64,000 nt of DNA from an uncultured Clostridia bacterium (GCA_937893125.1 CALBHW010000038.1:1247-65246), one strand, 5' to 3'. Counted from the first letter of the stretch, positions 39,738 to 50,633 are shown. Notes: generated by a model from the sequence alone, not told the origin. Made by a program: numbers and translations.

Positions 39738-42143
39738 ATGCTGACAAAAGAAAAGAAATTTAGAAATGTACTTTTGTACGCATTTTGTGCGCTTGTTGTG
39801 GGTGTTATTGCCATTTTTACTGGAAACAACTTGGCGCTTGCAAGTAGTGTCACGGGAAATAATAGTGTTGTAACTTTCAGCTTTTCTTCTCTTGATTTGA
39901 CGGAAGAAGCGGGGAGTTTCAGTGGCGAATATGACGGAACATTTCACAACCTTGTAGCGACTTTAACTTACGACGAAACAGCGACAAATTATCAATGGAT
40001 ATTAAAAACAAATGACGGTGAAAGTGTTGTTGACGCGGGATTTATTTCAAATGATTTGAGTGCAAAAACGACCACTCTCAAAATTAAAAATGTCGCGGAG
40101 TCGGGCGCTTATTATATAAAGGTTTTAAATGGTGACACTGTCGTTGACTTTTCGTCCGCTGTAAACATTTCCATTTTGCCAAAAACAATAAATTTAAGAA
40201 TTACATCTGTCGTGTCGCGCGTCTTTAACGGCACAAACAAAGTTGAAATGACAAATGATTTTCGTGCGGATATGTTAGCAACTAATGATAGTTCTACAAT
40301 ATCATCGACGGGGCTTTTGCCTTCAATCGACGCGGGCGAAAATATTTACATAAAAGACGTTACACACACTTTTTCTGACGCGACTTTGGCGGACAACTAT
40401 AACATTGTGACGACTTTTGATTGCAGTAGGCTTGTAAATATTTCGAAAAAGCCAGTTATTGTGGAATTTGAAGACCTTAAAGAGTTACCAGTTGAAAAAG
40501 GCGCTTTTGTCGCGGATTACAACGGCAAAATTAGAAATGATTTTCTTAGCGCATATTATAAGGATATAAATAACAATGTTGTCGAAGTCAAAACGGAAAG
40601 CGTTTTTTTAAAAGGCGCTGTTTATTTAAAAAGTGAAATTTTAAACGCGGGAAGTTATGAAATAAGGGTAATTAAGCAAGACTCGGACAAAAACTATGTT
40701 TTTATGTACAGTGAAACGCAAGAACTCGGTGCTTTGAGTTTAAATATTAAGAAAATCGCACCTACTTTTAGGTTTTTAAAACAAGAATTTGTTTATACAG
40801 GTTACGAGCAAGATTTGGCTGATTTTGTCGAAATCGTAGCGCCAAAAAATACTAAAAAAACCGACGAAAACGGGAATGTTTATTACACGACCGAACAAGA
40901 AATTGTTTTTACAAATAGTGGCTCGTCAATCGTTGGCAGTAAGTTTACGACATATAATGAAGGTCTGGCTTTGAGTCAAAGCAATCGTTTTGCAGTGCTA
41001 GAAAGTGATAATTATCTTGCGTCTGAGCAACGATTTGTTTTTACACTCGCGAAAGCCGAACCTATTTTTGATTTGAGCGGGCTTGTCACTGAGTATACTT
41101 TCACGGGCGAAAAAATAAATATTTCGGGCGTTACAGTGTCGTCAAATCAAACAATCTCGCAAGACCAAAACATTGTAAATGTTGGAACTTACGAAAATGT
41201 GAGATTGTCGGTTGCTGAAAACGATAATTTTGCGTCAAAGAGTTGTAATGTTACTATTCGCGTCGTGCCAGCGGTAATTGATGTGAGCGGGTATATTTGG
41301 AACACACCACTTGAAATGACTTATAGGGGAGATAGGGAACAAGATTATTACACGTTGTCACTAATAAATGTTAATGATAGTATTGTTGATATTTCCTATC
41401 AAAACAACCGCCAAAAGAACGCAGGCAAATATCTTGCGACTGCAACGGCGACTTTAAAAAATGGTGTGACAAATTATTCCTTAAAGGGAACAATTGCGCC
41501 ACTTTTCTTTGAAATTCACAAAAGGGCGATAGAAAAGCCAACGCTTAGCGTTTCGTCAATTTTCACATACGACGGCGAAGAAAAGGAACTTGCTCTTTCG
41601 TCATCAATGAACGAAATTTTCTACCATTTCACACAAAATAACGGCAAAAATGCGGGCAATTATGTCTCAATTGTTGCTTTGAATGATAAAAACAACCTTT
41701 CGTGGGCGGACGGCTCATCGGACGACTTAAAATTTAATTGGACGATAAAAAAGAGAATTGTCACGGTTGATAGTTATAAGACTGTGCTTATCTATAACGG
41801 GCTAGAACAAAGTTTGAAAGTGAGAGAAAACAACCTATATTATGCCGTAAGCGAAAGCGCGATTGATGTTGGAAATTATAAGACCATTCTTATCTTGAAA
41901 GACAAGGAAAATTACGCGTTTGACGAAATGGGCGCAAGTGAATATGTCGTCAACTGGAAAATTACGGGCGACAAACAAACTGCGGGTGTTCCAATCGTCG
42001 CGATTATTCTTGTAACTCTTGTCGTTGGCGGGCTGGGCGTATATTTGACTCTTCACTATACGGCTGTTGCAAAAGAAAAGAAAGAAAGAAGAAAACGCCT
42101 TGAACAAAAAATGGCAAAAGAAAGAAAAAATAAAGTAACATAG
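39738..42143 (+). CDS. Surface protein (801 aa) with MBG-like repeats and C-terminal TM anchor
   Basis: Signal peptide (..NNLALA). Repeats ending NY.(V/F/L)...(F/I).I.K. C-terminal TM plus basic tail (KEKKERRKRLEQK). Confidence 0.75.
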   Translation: MLTKEKKFRNVLLYAFCALVVGVIAIFTGNNLALASSVTGNNSVVTFSFSSLDLTEEAGSFSGEYDGTFHNLVATLTYDETATNYQWILKTNDGESVVDAGFISNDLSAKTTTLKIKNVAESGAYYIKVLNGDTVVDFSSAVNISILPKTINLRITSVVSRVFNGTNKVEMTNDFRADMLATNDSSTISSTGLLPSIDAGENIYIKDVTHTFSDATLADNYNIVTTFDCSRLVNISKKPVIVEFEDLKELPVEKGAFVADYNGKIRNDFLSAYYKDINNNVVEVKTESVFLKGAVYLKSEILNAGSYEIRVIKQDSDKNYVFMYSETQELGALSLNIKKIAPTFRFLKQEFVYTGYEQDLADFVEIVAPKNTKKTDENGNVYYTTEQEIVFTNSGSSIVGSKFTTYNEGLALSQSNRFAVLESDNYLASEQRFVFTLAKAEPIFDLSGLVTEYTFTGEKINISGVTVSSNQTISQDQNIVNVGTYENVRLSVAENDNFASKSCNVTIRVVPAVIDVSGYIWNTPLEMTYRGDREQDYYTLSLINVNDSIVDISYQNNRQKNAGKYLATATATLKNGVTNYSLKGTIAPLFFEIHKRAIEKPTLSVSSIFTYDGEEKELALSSSMNEIFYHFTQNNGKNAGNYVSIVALNDKNNLSWADGSSDDLKFNWTIKKRIVTVDSYKTVLIYNGLEQSLKVRENNLYYAVSESAIDVGNYKTILILKDKENYAFDEMGASEYVVNWKITGDKQTAGVPIVAIILVTLVVGGLGVYLTLHYTAVAKEKKERRKRLEQKMAKERKNKVT

Positions 42144-42498
42144 TAGAATTTTTAAAGAGAGATTTAGGTCTCTCTTTTTTCTATATCAAATTATTTATTT
42201 TGCATTGTTTGTGTATATATTTGTATTTTTTTACTCTTTTGTTACCTATATATTTTATTTATATTTTTTATTTCACTTACCACATATATTGATTTGTTTT
42301 TTGTATCTTTTTTACTTTTTTTCCACTTTTCATAAAAATTTGTTTTTTCTTTTAACCAACGACTTGTCGAATTTGTTTGGGTTAAAGTTGAATGGTTCTT
42401 CAAATGATTTGACAAGGGACGGTGGTTGTGATAAAATAAACGCACAGCGTTTAACTTTTGGATTTTAGCATATAAATGTTACAAAAAGGAATATAGAT

Positions 42499-43701
42499 AT
42501 GAAAAGAAAAGTCGACGAAGTAAAGGACTTTAAAAAAGAAGTAAACCCCGTAGTGGTTACTCAAAAAGACCAATCTTTATTAGAAGATGAAGAAAAACCT
42601 GCAAAGAAAAGTGCTTCAAAAAAGAAAGATGATTTAATAAAGAAAGATGAAACTTTAAAGGTGGATGACTCTTTGAATGTGGAGCAAAATATTTCAAGTA
42701 ATCTTACAGATGATGGCGTAGCGGACGATAAGTTTGCGGGTGACTCTAAAATAGATGAAAGCACAACTAAAAAGAAGTCAAAAAAAGATAAAAAGGGCGA
42801 AAAAAAGAAAAAATCGCACAAAATGAAGAAATCCACGCGTTTTACTCTTCTTATCGTCATTTTGGTTGGAATGTTTTGCGGGGTTGCGGTCGGGCTATAT
42901 TTTGGTCCAAAGAGCGTTGACCCAAATAGATACAATTTTGAAGTGTCTGCCTTGCTTGATGATGTGGACGAAATAAGAAACGAAGCATCGGGTAAGACTC
43001 CAGTCGAACTTGGCGCGACAAAAAGTTGTGTTTTGGCGTTTGATACGACCTTTAATGAAGGGCGAGTTAAGGTTGTTGGACGCGGAAGTGTTCTTGCAAT
43101 GGGTGTTACGCAGTCAATCAGCGCACTAACCATTAGAATGAACGACAAACTTTATTACGAAAATGTCAGTGTCAGCAACTTTGTTAAGGCGCTTAATAGA
43201 TATTATGTCGAAGGGGAAAACATCTCTCATTACGGCGGAAGTTTGTCGGGGAACATTGTGACTTGGAACACGACGCCAGACAACACGGGCGCGGACGATA
43301 TTAAAACAATGACCCAACACAAAGCGAAATTTGGTAGCACGATGAACGAATATATGACCTACATAGTCTCTTCAAAAACAGTCAATACTGCAAGCGCTGT
43401 CACAGTAAATGACGACGGAAATTATGTTTTTACGCTTACTCTTGACAAATCAAAATCGGTCGTCAATTATGTCAAGACGATGAAAGCGACGGGCGGGCTC
43501 AGCAGTTATCCAGACTTTACAAGTGACCCAAGAGTTGATATAATAATAGATGCGAATTATAGAATTCTCCGTTTTGAGAGCCACGAAGAGTACACGGTCT
43601 CAATGGGAATCAGCGCAAAATCCGTCGGAACGCTTGTAAATACATTTTATTATGACGAAGATTTCGCTATGCCAAAGATAACTGACAAATCGGTCGTGTA
43701 A
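42499..43701 (+). CDS. Single-pass membrane protein with Lys-rich disordered N-terminus and about 260-aa extracytoplasmic domain
   Basis: 400 aa. K/D/E-rich first 110 aa, TM FTLLIVILVGMFCGVAVGLYF. No recognised domain. Confidence 0.6.
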   Translation: MKRKVDEVKDFKKEVNPVVVTQKDQSLLEDEEKPAKKSASKKKDDLIKKDETLKVDDSLNVEQNISSNLTDDGVADDKFAGDSKIDESTTKKKSKKDKKGEKKKKSHKMKKSTRFTLLIVILVGMFCGVAVGLYFGPKSVDPNRYNFEVSALLDDVDEIRNEASGKTPVELGATKSCVLAFDTTFNEGRVKVVGRGSVLAMGVTQSISALTIRMNDKLYYENVSVSNFVKALNRYYVEGENISHYGGSLSGNIVTWNTTPDNTGADDIKTMTQHKAKFGSTMNEYMTYIVSSKTVNTASAVTVNDDGNYVFTLTLDKSKSVVNYVKTMKATGGLSSYPDFTSDPRVDIIIDANYRILRFESHEEYTVSMGISAKSVGTLVNTFYYDEDFAMPKITDKSVV

Positions 43702-43902
43702 GTTTTTTAAATTTAGCCCCTCACAAATGGTTTTTAAAAATTAAACTTATTAAAAAAGCAATTTGATTTTACTAAATAAAGACCATATATAACAGAAAAT
43801 ACATTACAAAAAAGAGTAAAAAAAATCGGCAACAACATAATTAAACAAACTTTGCTAAAAAAGGACTTAAAAGTTGAATTAACTTTCTAAAAAGGAGCGC
43901 AA

Positions 43903-46900
43903 ATGAAAAAGTTTTTTCTATATGTTTTAACATTCATAGTGGTCGCAGTGGCGACGGCGTTTGGGACTGTTACGACTAGCAGTTTACTTATAATGCGCTC
44001 AAATGGCGGAAACGATACCAGCATTTCGACCCCAGACGCGGGCACTCACGAGGAGACCGATTGCGAAAAGTTACTAAACGGGCTTTTGTCAATGGGTGGG
44101 GCAAATATAAATGTTGAGTTTAGTTTAGAAAACGCAAAAGAAGAAGAGATTAGTGAAGAAAATAAAGAAACTGCGGACGAAGAAGATACTGAAGCGGAGA
44201 TAATTTCAAACACCCTTTCAAACGAAGAAAATGACAAAATTAGCGTAACTTTTTCGGGAAAACTTAGTTTAAAAAGCATTGATAATATTTCAGTCGCGGG
44301 GACATTAAATGTAAAAATGTCGGGCAAGGACATTACGATTGACATCGCATATTTAGGCGGAATGATTTATGTTAAAAACGAGTCAATGAGCATTAAAATC
44401 GCGACCGACAGTCTTATGAAAATTACCGAACTTTTGCCTATTTTTGGTGTCGAAATTGACCTTGGTGGCGGAATGGAAAACCTTAATCTTGACGCGTTAC
44501 TTTCTATGTTTCAAGATTTAAAGGCGGAAGAGCTTGAGTCGGGCGACCTACTTTTTCCTATTAAAATAGCAGACGATATTGCGCTAAGCCTTATAACAGA
44601 CGCCGATTACATATTAAAAAGCGTGAGCGCAAACAATCTTAAAATTGAAAATAAAGTTGCAAATGTCTTAGTTACAGCCAAAAAAGATGAAGAACTTGAA
44701 ATTGAAAACCCAGAAACGACGACAACCTATGTCGACGTGACAAGAACTTTAGGACTTATTGATAATGTAAAAGAAATTTTGACTGAAAAGAAAATCCGAC
44801 TTGACATTGCGTGTGACCTTACGGGAAAACTTAGCGGAAAAGTTGCGGGGACTGTCAATCTTGATTTTTCAAATGGGCTTGTTTTGTATGTGGACGCGGA
44901 TGTCACAACCTTTGGAAAAACTTATCCAATATCAGTTTTTTACGCACAAAATGACGCCTATGTTACATTTAACGGCAAGAAAATTGCCTTTACAAAAGAC
45001 AAAATAGACGAACTTGTTGCCTTTGTGAAAGATTTAACAAATGGAAATGACGAAAGCAGTGTTATTTCACAAATGTTTACTAAAATCGACCTTTCGAAAT
45101 ATGAAAATATTGATTTTTCAAAGATAAATATCAACAATTTTCTTAAATTCGCGGACGGCGAAAATGGCGAAATAATCATCACAATTTTGGGAAAAGACCT
45201 TGGAATTGACGACATTACACTCGCTGTTTTGCTTGATGAGACGGGCGGGCTAAAAAGTGTGACGCTTGACGAAATTAAGATTTTTGACAACTCGCTAAAT
45301 ATAAAAATTGATTATAGTAACGCCTATTATTTCCCAGAAATCAATAAGAATGAATATGTTGTTTTGGAAGATTTGCCAGCATTCTTAAACGCAAGTATTT
45401 CGACAATTTCCGACATTTTAGGACAAAAATATGTGTCGGGCGAAATCGCTCTCAATGTCAAATCGTCCGATCTTGACTTGTCTATCAATGGACTTGCGAC
45501 AGTTGATTTTAGTGACGGATTTAAGGTTTATTTAAAAGCGGAAACATTTTTTAAAAATAAACTTTTCACGATAAATGCTAGCCTAATTGGCGACGAAATT
45601 TTTGTTTTAATAGAAAACTTGAAATTCCGTGCAAAAATAGGCGATATTGTGGATATTTTATCAGCAGTCAAGCCATTTATTGGAGATTATGATACATATC
45701 TAACGATTAGTAATTTGGAAAGAACTTTAAGGAATTTTAACGTCCAAAAAGACATAAAGCAAGTTTTGAATGATTTGCCACAAGTCATTTTGGCGGGACT
45801 TTATTGCAAAACAGGTGAAGTCGGACTTACCATAAATGGCGCACTTTTAAAAATAGCAAATGATGTCGATGTTAAGATAAGTTACGACGAAAAATTGTCA
45901 AAAATTATTGTTCCTGAAATTGATTTTAACGGGCTTAAACTTGACGCGACCTTAACTTTGACGGACGAAAAATTTACTTTTGACACAACAAGTAACGACT
46001 TTGTTTCTTTAAAGGGCGCGGATAAACTTGCGCGAGCGGTCATTTTAACTGTAAAAAACTTTAAAGAAAATTTGTATTTGGCGCTAGGCGTTAACGGGTC
46101 TTTTAAAATGGAAGGGGTTGACCTCTCCTTTGACGGCGAGGTTTCCTACAACAACAAAAAAATCGAAGCAAAATTGTCGGGCGTTTTAAATGAAAAACTA
46201 CCTTTCGAAGCCTACTATTTAAACGATGAAATTTACGCAAATGTCCAAGGCTTAAAAGTAAAAGTTACGACGGCACTATTAAAAGAACTTATTTCAAAAT
46301 ACGCGGGAAATGTCGATGTTAAATCGACCTTAAAAGACCTTCTTCCAAACTACAATTTTGAGCAAATTCTCGCGGGTGACTTGTCGACTTTGACCTTTAA
46401 TATTTTGAAAAATATCGCGATTTCAGACAATAATTTGACAATTGTACTAAGCGGAGAAGAAATTTCAAGCGCAAGTGATGTCTCTTTGTCGGTTGATTTT
46501 GGGGAGAGAATTTCTGGAATTAGCGTTAGTGGCGTCAACATAAAGGGTTACGAAATTGACCTAAACGCAAGCGTTTTAAAGAAAGTTGTAATGCCAGAAA
46601 TGACGGACGATTATCTTGATTTGTCAAGCGTTCCAACTCTCATTGAAGCGGTCAAAAAGACGGTCAATGAAATCGAGGAAAATAAAAACATTGCCTTTGA
46701 TTTAAAGACCGACCTTGTTTATACGACGATTACCTATGACTCGCTAAACAAGCCAACAAAAACAACGGAAACAATTGTAACATTATCAAAAGGAAGTAGA
46801 GCAAGATTTGATTGGACTGACGCTATTTTAGAGATTGACGGTGTAAAACAATTTGACGCGAAGAAACTTAAAGCATATGTCAATTTTGAAGCGGTCACTG

Positions 46901-49491
46901 TAACTAATAAATACGCGGGCGGTGGCGTTTCAAGGGGAACGAGCGCTACAAGTTCCGTCACAAATAACCACTCTATTGAAATTACATATTTAGACAATGT
47001 TGTTTACATAAGATACAACAAAATGTTCGTCAAAATTGGTGGCGACAACATAAAACAAATTGTTGGCACGATTATGGAACTTTTGGGTTTTGAAAGCGAC
47101 GAAAATGTTGATATTGATATTTCAAAACTTCTTAATTCTTCGCTTGATTTGTCACAATTTAGCCTTGATATGCTAAAAGAACTTGAACTAAGCAATTCGC
47201 ACTTTGGTGCAACTGCTGATTTGTCAAAACTAAACATAAAAGATTGTGATTTAGGCAACATTAAAATCGGCGTAGATTATAGCGAAAACGGACTTAGCAA
47301 TTTGGTTCTTCAAAACTTTAAACTAAAAGACATTGATGTTTCAAAAGTTGATATTTCACTCGATGATTTCGAAGAAATTTCGGGCGCTCCACAAGGTGAC
47401 TATATCGACTTGTCAAGCGTTGACGCACTTCTAAATGCAGTCAAAAATATGAAAGATTTTAAAGATTTTGAAGTTAACGGAAGCGTCAAATTAAAGATAA
47501 ATCTCTTTAAACTTAACTGGGATGTTCCAGTTAATGTTAAAGTTAAACTTCTAGGGAATGGCGAGTTTGAAGCCAGTGCAAAAATCGGTGCAATTCCAGT
47601 TGTTGCGGGCGTAAATGACGATGTTCCATACAAGTTTGGAAACACTGTCAGCGGTGCGTCACCTGGCAAAAATAGGATTTTGGACATTTACATCAAAAAC
47701 GATATGGCTTATATTTATAGGTCGGAAAAAGTGCCTGTTTTCTTGTCAAGTGACAAGACTTACGAAAAGAAAATGAAGGTTCACCTAGACACCTTGCTTG
47801 ACGACCCATTGTACTATTTGTTGCAATATGGCTTTGGCTTTAATGACACCATTATGGACGCGATTTACGAGTCGCTAAATAAAGAAAAAGACCCAATAGA
47901 TTATAGTAATGTCTTGAAAGGTTTTTCAAGTAGTAGCAACTACTATGCATTGACCTTAAACCTAAAAGAACTCGCTCAAAACGACAAACTTGACACAATG
48001 ACCTTGGGGCTTAGAGTGTCGACTTTCAACGGGTTTGATATTGTAAGTGGGGTGACGGTCGACCTATTTATGCCAGTTGCAAACAATGTTGAAATTACTC
48101 TACAATCGGATAATTTGAACCTAATAAACATAGGTCAAGAAACGGATATGTCAAGTTTACGCAACTTTATTTCGAACAACGAGTCGCTAAAAGAAGGGGC
48201 AAGTTGGGACGCATATAACGGCGACTGGAAGTTGTCAGCGCAAAGACAATTCACTCTCTATTTTGAAACAAATTGCGACCAAAAAATAAGCGAAATCACG
48301 GGTGTTGCGGGGACGGAAATCACTCTTCCAACTTTGAGCAACTTCTACAAAGATAGCGAAACAGAGCGCACATATTACTCGTTTGCGGGCTGGTTTACAA
48401 GCGAATCTTGCGACGCGGATACAGCGTACACGGAAAGCATTATGCCACGAAAAGACACCGTTTTGTATGCAAAGTGGAATATTGTAACGAGAAAATATGT
48501 CACACTTTCCTTTGTGTCAAAGTATGGGGAAGAAAAGGCAAGCATTAAGACTCTTGAAGGTGAAGAAATCACTCTTCCAACTTACGAAGAAGATGTCTAC
48601 GGAGAAGTCGGCTTTAACTCGTTCACAAGACGCTTCGAAGGTTGGTTTGTTGACGAAGAATTTACGACTAAATTTGAGACAACAACAATGCCTAGCGAAA
48701 ACGCAACTTTGTACGCTTATTGGAAAGTTATTGACTGCACAAGAAGATATGCTTTGCAAGTTTACGATAACGGGGAAGTGATTTTGTCGTTGCGTGTTGC
48801 AGAAGGCGTTGCGCCACTTCTGACGGGCGAAAAATTTAATGACACGACGCTCTATTATCTCGACGAAAATTGGACGGAAAGAGTGGACATTGCGACTTTT
48901 AAAATGCCAAGCGCGGACGAAAATCTCTATATTAGAAACAAGTATACGGCGACAATTTTGTCGAGTTATGGCACAACAATAAATAAAACTATTGAACTTT
49001 ATCAAGGCGACCCAATTACGCTTGAAGGGCAATCAAATTACGAATTTGACACTTACGCAAACGGTCAAAAGAGCAAGAGATATTATTACACTTTTAATGG
49101 CTACAAAAACGAAACATCGGGCGTTATGGTGGACGGCTTGACATTTGTTATGCCAAATTGCGACGCACAAATTGTTGCACAATGGACGGAAGTTGTTAAA
49201 AACTATTACACCTTGACTTTCAGTAAGGAAAATAGCGCGAGCAACCCAGCGTACAACAAATTTATTTCTTTCCCAATTGAAAGTTTGATTGTTCTTGAAG
49301 GGGAAACTGTAAATCTTAGCCAATATGTCCCAGTTTGGGAGTATACTACTGGAAGTGGGTGGTTTAAAGTAACTTGGCATTATAAGTTTAACGGCTGGTC
49401 AACTGCAAAAGACGGCTCCACAATTAGCCAAATCACAGTCACAGGCAACACGACTATTTATGCTAGATGGACTTACGCTGGGAAAAAGTAA
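43903..49491 (+). CDS. Giant (1862 aa) membrane-anchored surface protein: novel internal modules plus C-terminal Listeria-Bacteroides (Flg_new) repeats
   Basis: N-terminal TM. At least 4 C-terminal repeats of the form F.GW.......MP....LYA.W (YSFAGWF..MPRKDTVLYAKW, RFEGWF..MPSENATLYAYW, FNGY..MPNCDAQIVAQW, FNGWS..GNTTIYARW). Confidence 0.8.
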   Translation: MKKFFLYVLTFIVVAVATAFGTVTTSSLLIMRSNGGNDTSISTPDAGTHEETDCEKLLNGLLSMGGANINVEFSLENAKEEEISEENKETADEEDTEAEIISNTLSNEENDKISVTFSGKLSLKSIDNISVAGTLNVKMSGKDITIDIAYLGGMIYVKNESMSIKIATDSLMKITELLPIFGVEIDLGGGMENLNLDALLSMFQDLKAEELESGDLLFPIKIADDIALSLITDADYILKSVSANNLKIENKVANVLVTAKKDEELEIENPETTTTYVDVTRTLGLIDNVKEILTEKKIRLDIACDLTGKLSGKVAGTVNLDFSNGLVLYVDADVTTFGKTYPISVFYAQNDAYVTFNGKKIAFTKDKIDELVAFVKDLTNGNDESSVISQMFTKIDLSKYENIDFSKININNFLKFADGENGEIIITILGKDLGIDDITLAVLLDETGGLKSVTLDEIKIFDNSLNIKIDYSNAYYFPEINKNEYVVLEDLPAFLNASISTISDILGQKYVSGEIALNVKSSDLDLSINGLATVDFSDGFKVYLKAETFFKNKLFTINASLIGDEIFVLIENLKFRAKIGDIVDILSAVKPFIGDYDTYLTISNLERTLRNFNVQKDIKQVLNDLPQVILAGLYCKTGEVGLTINGALLKIANDVDVKISYDEKLSKIIVPEIDFNGLKLDATLTLTDEKFTFDTTSNDFVSLKGADKLARAVILTVKNFKENLYLALGVNGSFKMEGVDLSFDGEVSYNNKKIEAKLSGVLNEKLPFEAYYLNDEIYANVQGLKVKVTTALLKELISKYAGNVDVKSTLKDLLPNYNFEQILAGDLSTLTFNILKNIAISDNNLTIVLSGEEISSASDVSLSVDFGERISGISVSGVNIKGYEIDLNASVLKKVVMPEMTDDYLDLSSVPTLIEAVKKTVNEIEENKNIAFDLKTDLVYTTITYDSLNKPTKTTETIVTLSKGSRARFDWTDAILEIDGVKQFDAKKLKAYVNFEAVTVTNKYAGGGVSRGTSATSSVTNNHSIEITYLDNVVYIRYNKMFVKIGGDNIKQIVGTIMELLGFESDENVDIDISKLLNSSLDLSQFSLDMLKELELSNSHFGATADLSKLNIKDCDLGNIKIGVDYSENGLSNLVLQNFKLKDIDVSKVDISLDDFEEISGAPQGDYIDLSSVDALLNAVKNMKDFKDFEVNGSVKLKINLFKLNWDVPVNVKVKLLGNGEFEASAKIGAIPVVAGVNDDVPYKFGNTVSGASPGKNRILDIYIKNDMAYIYRSEKVPVFLSSDKTYEKKMKVHLDTLLDDPLYYLLQYGFGFNDTIMDAIYESLNKEKDPIDYSNVLKGFSSSSNYYALTLNLKELAQNDKLDTMTLGLRVSTFNGFDIVSGVTVDLFMPVANNVEITLQSDNLNLINIGQETDMSSLRNFISNNESLKEGASWDAYNGDWKLSAQRQFTLYFETNCDQKISEITGVAGTEITLPTLSNFYKDSETERTYYSFAGWFTSESCDADTAYTESIMPRKDTVLYAKWNIVTRKYVTLSFVSKYGEEKASIKTLEGEEITLPTYEEDVYGEVGFNSFTRRFEGWFVDEEFTTKFETTTMPSENATLYAYWKVIDCTRRYALQVYDNGEVILSLRVAEGVAPLLTGEKFNDTTLYYLDENWTERVDIATFKMPSADENLYIRNKYTATILSSYGTTINKTIELYQGDPITLEGQSNYEFDTYANGQKSKRYYYTFNGYKNETSGVMVDGLTFVMPNCDAQIVAQWTEVVKNYYTLTFSKENSASNPAYNKFISFPIESLIVLEGETVNLSQYVPVWEYTTGSGWFKVTWHYKFNGWSTAKDGSTISQITVTGNTTIYARWTYAGKK

Positions 49492-49620
49492 TTATTTGAC
49501 CAAATAAAAATGTTTTTAATGTGGCTATAGTAATTTCAAGATAACTACTATAAAAAGCTTATTTATAATAGTATAACATTATTGACTATTTGACTTCATT
49601 TTGCAATTAAAATTAAATAA

Positions 49621-49647
49621 AGGGCTAGAATTTCTAGTCCTTTTTTA
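49621..49647 (+). terminator. Rho-independent terminator
   Basis: agggctag/ctagtcct stem followed by tttttt. Confidence 0.8.
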
Positions 49648-49846
49648 TGTATAAAAACAAAATAAATTTTAAAATCTTAATAAATTAAGAATTAAAAGTA
49701 CTTTAAAAAGAAAAAAAATATTTAAATATCATTAAAAAATGAAGCCAGTTAAGGCGTTGTGTTTGGCGTTGTTTGAAATGCTTTTAAAGGCGTTTAAAAA
49801 CATTTTTTATAGGTCTTTTCATATAAAAAGTGAAAGGAGAAAAATT

Positions 49847-50419
49847 ATGGGAAATGTTTATAAATTGTCCAACAACACAAAAGATTATCTTGATATATAT
49901 CTTAACATTTTAGGAAGAATGGAAGAAAATATGAGCGAGGCGGAAGTTACAAATAGTATTTCAACAACCTTTATTTCTCAAATGATTCCGCACCACGAAG
50001 GCGCAATTGAAATGAGTAAAAATATTTTGCGTTTTACGACAAATTCTGACATTGAAACGCTTGCAAACGAGATTATAAATGAGCAAACTGCGGGGATTGA
50101 AAAAATGAGAGAAATGGTTGATAATTGCTCTCAAACGACAAATTCCGACCGAGACTTAAAGTTATATTTAACGGGTTTCCAAAAAGTTTTTGAAAATATG
50201 ATAAAACAAATGAAAAATGCACGAACAAGCAACAATCTCGATGTAAATTTCTTGTCTGAGATGATTCCGCACCATATGGGAGCGGTGAATATGTGCAAAA
50301 ATTTGCTATTATTTGACATTTGCTTGCCACTTAGAGAACTCGCGGAAAAAATGGTTTACGAACAAATGGAACAACTAAAAACTATGCAAAAATTGCTTTT
50401 TTCGCTTGAAAATAAGTAA
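49847..50419 (+). CDS. DUF305 family protein (two MIPHH repeats)
   Basis: ATG at 49847 after aaaggagaaaaatt. QMIPHHEGAIEMSKN and EMIPHHMGAVNMCKN. Confidence 0.75.
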   Translation: MGNVYKLSNNTKDYLDIYLNILGRMEENMSEAEVTNSISTTFISQMIPHHEGAIEMSKNILRFTTNSDIETLANEIINEQTAGIEKMREMVDNCSQTTNSDRDLKLYLTGFQKVFENMIKQMKNARTSNNLDVNFLSEMIPHHMGAVNMCKNLLLFDICLPLRELAEKMVYEQMEQLKTMQKLLFSLENK

Positions 50420-50633
50420 TACTTTGAATGCTTTTTGTCATTGTACAATAATATTTTTTTCTAAAATTACTTTTCTTAGATGTCTTTAAATTTTTTATAC
50501 ATTTTTTCGTTCTTTAAGCATAAAAAATTTTTTCATACCACTTTTAATTATTTGATTTTAAAAGATATTTTATGATAGAATATATGTAGTATAGAGTTTT
50601 CTAGGAAAATTTGTTTTCCAAAAAGGAGAGAGT

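Noticed and set aside
42205-42468. 87-aa Phe/Leu/Tyr-rich ORF in the T-rich spacer after the 801-aa gene.
   Set aside because: It is a low-complexity translation of T-rich intergenic DNA downstream of a terminator, with no RBS.
42561-43148. Long antisense ORFs inside large genes. Examples: 42561-43148 (-), 48517-49032 (-), 49033-49380 (-), 57209-57730 (+), 9229-9738 (+), 3165-3668 (-), 1608-2042 (-).
   Set aside because: Each lies wholly within a well-supported gene on the opposite strand, has no RBS, and has a low-complexity or unnatural composition.
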